A DNA stretch of 64,000 nucleotides, from contig JAUFOR010000008.1 of assembly GCA_040285745.1 (NCBI GenBank), positions 992,001-1,056,000 on the forward strand. The letters run 5' to 3'. Under the pieces are notes generated by a model that ran no database searches, had not been told where the DNA came from, and saw only the letters and a list, made by a program, of their open reading frames with translations. Every line of letters starts with the position of its first letter. Positions within the stretch are counted from its first letter, which is position 1. The translations under genes and the position numbers were made by a program. Shown piece after piece: positions 42,089-50,761 of the stretch. Source of the stretch: Barthelona sp. PCE (lineage: Eukaryota).

Positions 42089-42385
42089 TGCCAAAATAAT
42101 GTTATGACAACATTGAACATTTTGGAACATTTTGAATTTATTTATCGGTATAACATTAGCCTAACATCCCGTAAAAGTTAGGTAAAAGTAAAAATTATTA
42201 TCATGTGTAAAGAAAAAGTTTTTCTCAACTGCATCTTACTTTAAGCTATTTAAAATAGTAGCAATGCGATGTATATAGAATAATTTGGTGACTTACGCAT
42301 TCCTCAGTTGGTAAATATGAAAGGGAAAACATATTTCACAGAATCCCTCTCTTTCATTTTTTTATCCCTCATACACGGACCAAGA

Positions 42386-43354
42386 ATGCTCGTTAAAGTT
42401 CAGCTTACCGAGAACGAAGTCGCTGCCCCCGCAGTCTTCGATGCTCCCATCAGACCTGATGTCGTTGCTCTTACACACAAGGGTATCGCCAAGAACAAGC
42501 GTCAGGCTTACGCCGTCAAGGCTGAGGCTGGTGAGGTTGTCTCCGCCCTTTCCTGGGGTACTGGTCGTGCTGTTGCCCGTGTTCCCAGAATTCGTGCTTC
42601 TGGTACCTCCGCAAGTGGTCGTGCTGCTCAAGCAAACTTTGCCACCGGTGGTAGAATGTTTGCCCCCACCAAGATCTGGAGAAAGTGGCACACCAAGGTT
42701 CCCCAAGGTCAGCGTCGTTATGCCGTTTGTTCTGCTATCGCTGCTTCCAAGGTTCAGGGTCTCGTCAAGGGCCGTGGTCACATCATCGATGATGTCCCCC
42801 AACTTCCTTTAGTTGTTGGTAACGCCTTCGAGGAAATCTCCAAGACTTCCGAGGCTTTCGAGGCTTTCGAGAAGATGGGTGTTGCTGATGATGTTCTCAA
42901 GATCAAGCAATCCCGTAAGATCCGTGCTGGTCGTGGTAAGGCCCGTAACCGTCGTTGGAGACGCCGCCGTGGTCCCCTCGTTGTTTACAAGAACAAGGGT
43001 GCCCCCGTTGTCGAAGCTTGCCGTAACCTCGGTGTTGAGACCTGTCCCGTTGACGCTCTCAACCTTCTTCAGCTTGCTCCTGGTGGTCACCTCGGTCGTC
43101 TCGTTGTTTGGACCCAGGGTGCTTTCGAGGCTCTTGATGAGGTCTTCGGTACTTCTACCGAGTTCTCTACCCAAAAGAAGGGTTTCAAGGTTCCCCGTAA
43201 CATCATCACCGTTACTGATATCCAACGTCTCATCAAGGCTGAGGAAATCCAGGCTGTTGTTCGTCCCAACAAGTCTCTTCGTACCTTCCGTAAGATTAAG
43301 CGTAACCCTCTTAAGAACCGTGAGGCTAAGAAGAAGCTTAACCCCGCTGCTTAA
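42386..43354 (+). CDS. RPL4: 60S ribosomal protein L4 (uL4)
   Basis: PAVFDAPIRPDVV, SWGTGRAVARVPRI, GGRMFAPTK.WRKWH, RAGRGKARNRR and LNLLQLAPGGHLGR motifs; ATG at 42386. Confidence 0.97.
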   Translation: MLVKVQLTENEVAAPAVFDAPIRPDVVALTHKGIAKNKRQAYAVKAEAGEVVSALSWGTGRAVARVPRIRASGTSASGRAAQANFATGGRMFAPTKIWRKWHTKVPQGQRRYAVCSAIAASKVQGLVKGRGHIIDDVPQLPLVVGNAFEEISKTSEAFEAFEKMGVADDVLKIKQSRKIRAGRGKARNRRWRRRRGPLVVYKNKGAPVVEACRNLGVETCPVDALNLLQLAPGGHLGRLVVWTQGAFEALDEVFGTSTEFSTQKKGFKVPRNIITVTDIQRLIKAEEIQAVVRPNKSLRTFRKIKRNPLKNREAKKKLNPAA

Positions 43355-43431
43355 ATGTTTGCTTGAGGTCTTGTTCCTTTCCTGCTTTTTACTCTGTAAA
43401 TTTGTTGGATGAATGTTAATTATTTATTCAT

Positions 43432-45105
43432 TTATTGCATTTGAGTTTTGTTTTTTAAAAAGTAATCGTATGCTAAGTACATAAAGAAGGTGTTAAAAAA
43501 TATGTAAATAAAAAATTGAACGTGTACACCTTTGACATAGTCCACTGAAAGGAAATTGAAAAATTGATAATGCAAATTTAATGAAAAATAAATCAGTGCT
43601 GCATTAACAAAGATTTGAGAAACAATTGCTAATTTCCAAGATTTAATCAGTTTTTTCCTCTTAATTTCACCTGTATTTTTCTTACTAAATGAACGAACCA
43701 TTAAAATTATTGCAGCAATGACAAATACAATAAAGAAAAGTACCAAAAATATCATCTCAATGTATACATCCGAATATTTTGATGCATACTTCCATGCTCT
43801 GTCATCGTTAATTCTGGCAAGTACAATATTACCTACTACCACTGCAGATATCAACATAGTAATGAAATAAATATTGTAACAAGCCTCACCATATTTCTTT
43901 TTAATTTTCTTTAATCCTGAACTGCATAAAGATTTTCCTTTCTTTAACTTAAGTAAATTTAGGAATGCCATAAAACTAGTTACAAGCGAATAAAACCACC
44001 AAACCCTTCTAAAAAATAACATTTCGGTTTGTAATCTGGATAAACGGAAATTGTAATATTCAGAGTAGTATAAATAGAAGAAGTAAACTTCGATAATTCT
44101 ATATAAAAATATGACTAACCATATAATATAATTATTTGACAGTGATAACAGTGAAACAATCACATTTAAAATACTGATACCCAAATATTTTGAAGTGTGT
44201 TTATCAATATTGCTTCTTCTAATTGAAGAACCGTAATCATTAAGCCTAGAATACACAAAAGATCTCTTTGCACAAAACAAAATCGCAAAGATAGTGAAAG
44301 GGTAATGAAGTAATGTCCACAAACATTTTTTCTTCAAATCAATTTTTGATACTTTTTCCCCATCTGTATTTGCACACAGTTCAAAAGGCGCATCACCCAT
44401 GCTCATAGAATATGAAGAAGAAGAAGGAAACAAAAAAGTAACTTCATCTTTTTCACCATTCTCCAAAATTTCAACACTTACGGAATTTGCCGATGGTTGA
44501 TGATTTGGTTTGTATTCTTTCAATTCATACGGTAAAACAGCCTGTTTGTCTGATACAGTATTAAACAGACCGATACTTAAACCATCTGAATTAATGGAAG
44601 CAAGAATCCAATCATTAGCGCAGAGAGTAAAAGAGTCGACTTCAAAAGGTAATGGATTGATAACCTCATCAACAATAGAGCCATTTGAAAGGATCATATA
44701 TGTGATTAATTCACTCTTATTATTGGCAGAAACAACACCCAAAGTCTTATCAAAAACACTACATGTGCAAACAGACTCGATTATGAACAGTTCACCAATC
44801 ATTTCAACGCTAGTCTTATCATAGTTAAACACGCAAATTACAGTATCTGTTTCTCTCACAATACTAATGATGACAAATTTTTCACTGCATGTAACACGGT
44901 GATTAATATCATCACATAACATTGCAGATATTTCAACAGATGTCTGAACTGTTGCCTCTGTGGCTTTGTTCTTCATCTGCAGTTGCCATTCATTGTCATA
45001 AAACAATTTGAAACTAATGTCGGATCCAAAATTGCATTCTGCTGTTTCAAAATCCGAATTCGTGGCAGGAGGGTACCCAATCATCTCGTATTGGTTGGTT
45101 GACAT
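43432..45105 (-). CDS. Hypothetical protein with a beta-rich N-half and a multi-pass membrane C-half
   Basis: 557-aa ORF; about 8 hydrophobic segments in the AT-rich C-half. Confidence 0.65.
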   Translation of the reverse strand: MSTNQYEMIGYPPATNSDFETAECNFGSDISFKLFYDNEWQLQMKNKATEATVQTSVEISAMLCDDINHRVTCSEKFVIISIVRETDTVICVFNYDKTSVEMIGELFIIESVCTCSVFDKTLGVVSANNKSELITYMILSNGSIVDEVINPLPFEVDSFTLCANDWILASINSDGLSIGLFNTVSDKQAVLPYELKEYKPNHQPSANSVSVEILENGEKDEVTFLFPSSSSYSMSMGDAPFELCANTDGEKVSKIDLKKKCLWTLLHYPFTIFAILFCAKRSFVYSRLNDYGSSIRRSNIDKHTSKYLGISILNVIVSLLSLSNNYIIWLVIFLYRIIEVYFFYLYYSEYYNFRLSRLQTEMLFFRRVWWFYSLVTSFMAFLNLLKLKKGKSLCSSGLKKIKKKYGEACYNIYFITMLISAVVVGNIVLARINDDRAWKYASKYSDVYIEMIFLVLFFIVFVIAAIILMVRSFSKKNTGEIKRKKLIKSWKLAIVSQIFVNAALIYFSLNLHYQFFNFLSVDYVKGVHVQFFIYIFFNTFFMYLAYDYFLKNKTQMQ

Positions 45106-45513
45106 TGTCTAAAAGAGAGAATAAGGGTAAAGAATGAAACTTGAATATGAAGGCAGGAAATTCTGTTATCCACCTTTCTTTTTCGTGTACAGAGACACGC
45201 AATCACATTTTCTCTCATAATTACGTAATAAGAAAGCTGAATTACCAAAGCATGAAGGGAAGATCTTTCCTCTAGATTCGGTAATTGCAGTACATTAACG
45301 TAAAAACCATGAATGGGTGATAGAAAACTTCATTTGCTCTCCTTTGGGCGAATAGTTCAGCCCAAATTAAAATGTGAAAAGAAATCACAAAATCAAAAGT
45401 TGGGCATCATTGATCTGGAAAACAGTCATTTTTCAAGGTTAAACTCAAAAGCTGAAAGGTTTTGTAACGATGTGCACAAGAACCACGAGTTTAGCACAAA
45501 TATCCTATTTCAC

Positions 45514-45568
45514 TAGATATGGAGCATGCAGACTGCACACTAGGGGGGTGGAAAGGTTAATGGTATGA
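45514..45568 (+). repeat. Left terminal inverted repeat (55 bp)
   Basis: tagatatggagcatgcagactgcacactaggggggtggaaaggttaatggtatga; exact reverse complement of 46795-46849. Confidence 0.95.
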
Positions 45569-45814
45569 GGAGACGGATCCAAGCTATAAACGTTGTCATT
45601 GTAAAAGCATAAAAGAAAAAAATTTGGCAGTAGTAGATTGGCTGCAGTTGTTCCGTTTTCTACTACCGTAATTTTCCAGTACAAATTTACAAACATATCG
45701 CAATATTAGAGTGCTCAGAAATACATGTGAAAGCTTTCATGTACCTTGTGAACCAGATACCCTACAATAAATCCACAAAAATGTTTCTCCATCATAAAAA
45801 TGAAAAAATTGAAA

Positions 45815-46636
45815 TTAGATAGTCTTCACTATTTCTTTCAATTCATCATATGTAATCATTGGGGCTGCAGAAGCTTCATTTAATAAAAACCAATTAAAAC
45901 GTGTACGAGTTGATAATTTGGTTTGATTCTTGGAATGCAGTCTTTTTAACATAGAAAATTCACGCTCAACTCCAGAATTGCTGGCAGATGCACTGCTGTG
46001 TTGTCTAATTATAGCTCGGAAACCGGGTAAACCCTTCACAGATTCGTGGGTGTGGCCATGAACAAGTGCTGCACGAACATCTCTTTCTCTAATACCTGTA
46101 TCATTGAAATCGAACTCATCGGCCACCCTTTGAGCACTTAAAGGGGGCTCATGCACACTTTGGGCACTTGGAGATAGTTCACTCTCTGTACGATTGGAAT
46201 AACTGCGACTAGGACTGTCTTTATCGAACTCAGGTTTTATCCAATTGTTCACCATAGCACTCCAGATGATCTTGATATGTTCATCGTTGAGTATCCTGCG
46301 AAGATAGTGTTTACCTGTGAAGATACACAAGCCAATTACATGACAAGAAGCTTTTGAAACCATATCACGTGATATACGAGCCTGCCTAGGCCCCTTAATA
46401 TTGTTATAAGTAGCTAAAAGCTCTTCGTGAGTTAATAACGCGTACTTAGAAGTATTAAAATCAGTAGAGTTTGGTAGAACACAGTTTTGTATTTCCAAAC
46501 AGCCTACTTCATGGTAATCTGAACGTAAGCCACCTTTAAGACTCACATTAGAGTATAAGTGAACACGGACATGATAACTTTCATTATTTTGTTCTTTTGG
46601 ATCACTTAGTCTTATTTTATCCATTGGAATACTCAC
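45815..46636 (-). CDS. Short or truncated hAT transposase-like ORF
   Basis: SASASNSGVEREFSMLKRLHSKNQTKLS matches the hAT C-terminal (S..VER.FS...L) motif; ASCHVIGLCI resembles the CxxH(V)LNL motif. First ATG at 46624, giving only about 270 aa. Confidence 0.65.
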   Translation of the reverse strand: MSIPMDKIRLSDPKEQNNESYHVRVHLYSNVSLKGGLRSDYHEVGCLEIQNCVLPNSTDFNTSKYALLTHEELLATYNNIKGPRQARISRDMVSKASCHVIGLCIFTGKHYLRRILNDEHIKIIWSAMVNNWIKPEFDKDSPSRSYSNRTESELSPSAQSVHEPPLSAQRVADEFDFNDTGIRERDVRAALVHGHTHESVKGLPGFRAIIRQHSSASASNSGVEREFSMLKRLHSKNQTKLSTRTRFNWFLLNEASAAPMITYDELKEIVKTI

Positions 46637-46794
46637 ATTGAACGATTGGAAAGTACCTACTTTGGATATAAAAGGGTAGTCGTTTTAGTCTTCCTGGAAA
46701 AAAAGTAATAAAATGTAATATGACGCTTCCTGATTCCACAAGAACTCTTAGTTTGTTTTAGTTTTTACACTACCCACAGTTGTGGGGTGGTTGA

Positions 46795-46849
46795 TCATAC
46801 CATTAACCTTTCCACCCCCCTAGTGTGCAGTCTGCATGCTCCATATCTA
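46795..46849 (-). repeat. Right terminal inverted repeat (55 bp)
   Basis: tcataccattaacctttccacccccctagtgtgcagtctgcatgctccatatcta. Confidence 0.95.
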
Positions 46850-46861
46850 TATTTCACAACT

Positions 46862-48643
46862 ATGCCAAGGCATATAACTGTTCAAACCGATTATGGTCAC
46901 ATTTTGCATTCTGAAAACAGTAAGATCATCACTTTTGCCGGGCAAATACTTGATATTCCAAAAATCGAGCTTGTTCTGGGCAAACCATTAATTTCGTCGA
47001 ATGAAATCATCAAGCAAATGAAATGGACGGCCATGGATGATGGATATTACACAGTTGATGATGAAAACTATCTATTTCACCAATTTTCTGAAAATGGGGA
47101 AATTCTCACTTCCGTAAGTAAGTATGGCAAACATCACTGGCGCCTATATTGCCCAGGCTTTACAATGGGTACAGGTCATCATTTTCTTTCCTTCTTTGAC
47201 TTAGAAAACCGTGAGTTACAAACCCCATTTAAAGGTCTTTACACTTTTAATAACATCCTATTTGAACGGACCAACTTCTTGTATTCATACTCATTTGACA
47301 CTGTTTCCGCTTTTTACTACAATCTCACATCAGCACAATTTTTAAAACAAGATTTTGAATTATTGAAGCTAATATTTGCGTGTCATGTATGTAATATGCC
47401 AAATACAGACATATTATCTGCGTCTAACGGTGTTTTTTTATTAACTCTAGAAGGGGACAGTTTGAAACTCATCAAAATACATGATGAAAGATTACCTTTC
47501 AGACCTGATTCTTGCTTTGTTGACGGCTCTGACTATTTATTTATAGGTTGCACTTCTGTGTATGGATTAATTAAAGGAAAGTTTGTGTATGGTATTGGTG
47601 GTGAAAGTATTCACTCTTTTATTGCTTCACAAGAGGGAAAGATGCTCTGTAGGACCATGGATGGGTCTTTGTATCAATTTTCGATGCAAAATGTTACACA
47701 CCCAAGTTTTAGAATCTCAAACAAGGCTCGTCTTGTTGGGAGAAGAGACAATGCATTAGTAGCCATTAAGTCACCCTTTTCCATCCTTTTCATGGATCTA
47801 TGGACAAAAAACGGAGCTTCATATCTTTTCAATGACAACAATGTCTTTTTGGAGATGAAATTACGTGAAAATGGGCTACAATCCCCTGTTTTAGCGGGAT
47901 TGGACAACATTCAGATACCTAAACATTGGGAGAATTACCCAATACCAACTACAACTATGGATAAATTGAATGATCTGACTTCCGAGCGCGCATACTATAT
48001 TGACAGTAATTCACTTTGTATAACAGGTACCAATATTGAACCACAGGAAGTATATGATGCTGAAACAGATATATACGAAGTCAGTGTTGTAAGAGATGTT
48101 TTATGGTTATTACTTAGTTCAGGTATCCAACGTTTGATCATGGAAGATGGAGATGAGTTGAAGTTGAAAAAAGAAGGTTTCTTTCCTTGTTCTGCTGATG
48201 CTTTGTATTGCAATCCCTTCAACAGTGATATAATATGTCTGGTTCAGTATTCTGAATATATGGAAAACGAAGTTGTTAATGTGCTTGTGTTCAAGGATGG
48301 AGAGCTGGAGCTGATAGAGTGGTCCTTGTGTTATTATGATGGAATACACTTCATTAATGAAAGTATGTGGTGTTTAAACAACAGACAGTTGTATCATCTC
48401 GATATAGAAAATAGTGAAGTTACAAAGTTGGTTGATGGCATTAATAGAAGAGATACTAATCTTTTTGTGATGGAGAGAAATACTGTGATTGAAATTGATT
48501 TACAAATTACTGAATACATTTTAAGTTACATAAAATCTGTTTTTGATCCAGAAACCATGAGTTTTGCAGTTTCTGAGCACGAAATTGATTTATATGAGTA
48601 TTTAAAGAATGCCAAGTGTGGATTTTTTTTGGGGAAACAATAG
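46862..48643 (+). CDS. Hypothetical beta-rich protein, 'MPR' orphan family member 2
   Basis: ATG at 46862 (MPRHITVQTDYG), 593 aa. The ORF-track extension from 46787 lies in the transposon end. Confidence 0.7.
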   Translation: MPRHITVQTDYGHILHSENSKIITFAGQILDIPKIELVLGKPLISSNEIIKQMKWTAMDDGYYTVDDENYLFHQFSENGEILTSVSKYGKHHWRLYCPGFTMGTGHHFLSFFDLENRELQTPFKGLYTFNNILFERTNFLYSYSFDTVSAFYYNLTSAQFLKQDFELLKLIFACHVCNMPNTDILSASNGVFLLTLEGDSLKLIKIHDERLPFRPDSCFVDGSDYLFIGCTSVYGLIKGKFVYGIGGESIHSFIASQEGKMLCRTMDGSLYQFSMQNVTHPSFRISNKARLVGRRDNALVAIKSPFSILFMDLWTKNGASYLFNDNNVFLEMKLRENGLQSPVLAGLDNIQIPKHWENYPIPTTTMDKLNDLTSERAYYIDSNSLCITGTNIEPQEVYDAETDIYEVSVVRDVLWLLLSSGIQRLIMEDGDELKLKKEGFFPCSADALYCNPFNSDIICLVQYSEYMENEVVNVLVFKDGELELIEWSLCYYDGIHFINESMWCLNNRQLYHLDIENSEVTKLVDGINRRDTNLFVMERNTVIEIDLQITEYILSYIKSVFDPETMSFAVSEHEIDLYEYLKNAKCGFFLGKQ

Positions 48644-48889
48644 TAAAACAAACAGGCATAATTACATGATTTTTAGTTCACAATTGTGGTGCACTAATAT
48701 GATAAAGTTCTTTCACCAGAAAGAATAGTATGAAACCCAATAAAAACAATACTCGTTTTCATTATCAACATGGAAGACCTTTTTCTATTCCGCAATTCGA
48801 GCAAACCACTTCTAACTCCATTTGTACTACTATGACACGAGACGCACAGTTGAAACTTGCTTTAAGGTTTATAACTCTTTTCTCTTGTA

Positions 48890-49228
48890 ATGGATCCCGT
48901 TTTACGTCAGCTTAACATCAAAACCAACGTCCTCAGACGTGCTGTTAAGGAGCTAGCTTCTTATGTTAAGGAAGTTGAGATTGAACAGTCTCGACTTTCT
49001 CAGTATGAGAATGATGCTGTAAGAACCCGTCAACAAATGCAGGTTATCCACGAAAGTCGTGAAATGGTATCTCAAATCGTCCATCAAATGGAAGATAAAA
49101 TTGCTTCTCTGGAAGCTCAACTTAAGACTGTTGCTGAAGAAGGTCTCTCAGATGAAGGTCTCCAAGCCGCTGCCAATTCAGAGATTGAAAACGCACGTGC
49201 TGCTCTTGCTGAACATACAGCAGAGTAA
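48890..49228 (+). CDS. TBCA: Tubulin-specific chaperone A
   Basis: RQLNIKTNVLRRAVKELASYVKE...QQMQVIHESREMV matches the TBCA signature. Confidence 0.9.
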   Translation: MDPVLRQLNIKTNVLRRAVKELASYVKEVEIEQSRLSQYENDAVRTRQQMQVIHESREMVSQIVHQMEDKIASLEAQLKTVAEEGLSDEGLQAAANSEIENARAALAEHTAE

Positions 49229-49282
49229 TTCTCTTAATAAATTTTTTCTACTCTTTTCATAACTTTTTTATCAGTTATTCCA

Positions 49283-49576
49283 ATGGTATTCACAAGTGAA
49301 GCTCCCAAGCTTATTACAATACGTGTTAAGGATCTTTTAGGACGTATACATACTTTACAATGTTCAGAAGATGATACTGTTGGGGATTTACATCAAAAGA
49401 TCATAGAGTATACACAATACCACCACCAATTTTCGATTGTTCATGAAAGTGGAACAATATTTAGAGAAGAAAATGAGATACTGGGCAATTTGAGCATTTT
49501 AGAAGAAAATAATTTAATATTAATAGCAAAACGATCGTGCTTTCACCGCAATGAAACAAATAATGAAAAGCAGTAA
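49283..49576 (+). CDS. Ubiquitin-like protein without di-Gly (Hub1/UBL5-like N-half)
   Basis: ITIRVKDLLGRIHTLQCSEDDTVGDLHQKI beta-grasp pattern. Confidence 0.6.
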   Translation: MVFTSEAPKLITIRVKDLLGRIHTLQCSEDDTVGDLHQKIIEYTQYHHQFSIVHESGTIFREENEILGNLSILEENNLILIAKRSCFHRNETNNEKQ

Positions 49577-49587
49577 TATTGTAGTTT

Positions 49588-50589
49588 CTAATAACCGTGT
49601 TTACTCACAACATTAATCAACGCTTGATTCGTCCTCAAACGCTGGATATTCTCACTGAATTGGGCAAACTTGTCGTCAGCCCAAGTCGGACTGTCAGCAC
49701 GATGAGGTGATAGAATAACCTTACCACGAGGTAAATCATGGAATGGAAAACGATAGGGATACTTTGGTTCGTTTTGAACACGAGGTTTGAGCTCATCCCA
49801 GAACACATCCATGGCAGCGCCTCTCAATTCGTTTTCCTTTAATGCTAGATATAACCCTTCTTCGTCAACAACACCACCACGACCAACATTAACAAAATAA
49901 CTTGTACGTCTTAGCAAATCTCGGGTGACAATGGCTTCAGTTGCTTCAGTGTGTGGCAATGAACAAATAACAATTGTGGATCGATCAAAAAACTCTTCCA
50001 AATCTGTAACGATCTCTTCACATAGATCAGTAGGTTTGTTAACCCTGCGGTACCCGATAAATCGAGCTCCTGGATAAATTGTACGAAAAGGAACAGAAAA
50101 ACCTCGTGCAATATTACCAACACCTAATAAACCAATTGTTACATTATCCAAGACCTCGTTCTCGTGAAAGCGCTCGTTCTTGCGCCAGTTTCCGTTGCGT
50201 ACTTCCTCATCAAAAAAACAGATATGTTGAGTGAGCGCTAAAGTTAAACTGAATGCATATCGACCAACTGCCAGTCCATTAGAGTGATTGTTACACAATG
50301 TGACGTCCGGAAACCCCAGAACTGCCCTGAGCACATGGGGTGGAACACCAGCAAAAGGATACTGGATAGTTACTGTAGGATTATGGGTTAAAATTGCTAT
50401 TAAATGGGATTCTTCTATCGCAGATATGATGAACAAATCAATATCGCCTGCAGAACTGATCTCAATAAGTTCCTCACTTGATGAGGGCTTTAGCAAAATA
50501 TCATCGCTAGTAACAACGTTCTCTATACAATTAGCTGTAATGCGGTCACGAATCTCTGCCCTGAACTCCAGATAGACAACAATTTTCAT
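49588..50589 (-). CDS. D-isomer-specific 2-hydroxyacid dehydrogenase
   Basis: LLGVGNIA, LPHTEAT, VNVGRG, AAMDVFWDE and LSPHRA motifs; ATG at 50589. Confidence 0.9.
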   Translation of the reverse strand: MKIVVYLEFRAEIRDRITANCIENVVTSDDILLKPSSSEELIEISSAGDIDLFIISAIEESHLIAILTHNPTVTIQYPFAGVPPHVLRAVLGFPDVTLCNNHSNGLAVGRYAFSLTLALTQHICFFDEEVRNGNWRKNERFHENEVLDNVTIGLLGVGNIARGFSVPFRTIYPGARFIGYRRVNKPTDLCEEIVTDLEEFFDRSTIVICSLPHTEATEAIVTRDLLRRTSYFVNVGRGGVVDEEGLYLALKENELRGAAMDVFWDELKPRVQNEPKYPYRFPFHDLPRGKVILSPHRADSPTWADDKFAQFSENIQRLRTNQALINVVSKHGY

Positions 50590-50761
50590 CAACAAAAGAG
50601 GTTAGAAAGGGCTAAAAAAATTTTTACAATCAATTTTAGAGATTCAAATTGTATTTTTGAATGCAGTGTGCGGACCCCCTTACCCGCTGCTGTGAGCACT
50701 CATCCAAACTTTCTTCTCTTCTCCTTTGTAAAACATTTTCTCACCATAACATGGCTGAATA

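Larger units (their letters stand above)
45514..46849. mobile_element. hAT-superfamily DNA transposon (1336 bp), probably internally deleted or non-autonomous
   Basis: Perfect 55-bp terminal inverted repeats beginning TAG; identical 8-bp flanking duplication TATTTCAC (45506-45513 and 46850-46857); internal ORF with a hAT C-terminal motif. Confidence 0.92.

Noticed and set aside
36451-43412. Many long overlapping or antisense ORFs within the PFO fusion and RPL4 (e.g. 37328-38230, 38119-39009, 41059-41778)
   Set aside because: Shadow ORFs produced by strong codon bias in highly expressed genes; low-complexity S/P/R or antisense-type composition and no motifs.
45505-45696. Small ORF sharing HTINLSTPLVCSLHAPYL with the start of ORF 46787
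   Set aside because: The identity is simply the translated transposon TIR, not a protein repeat.
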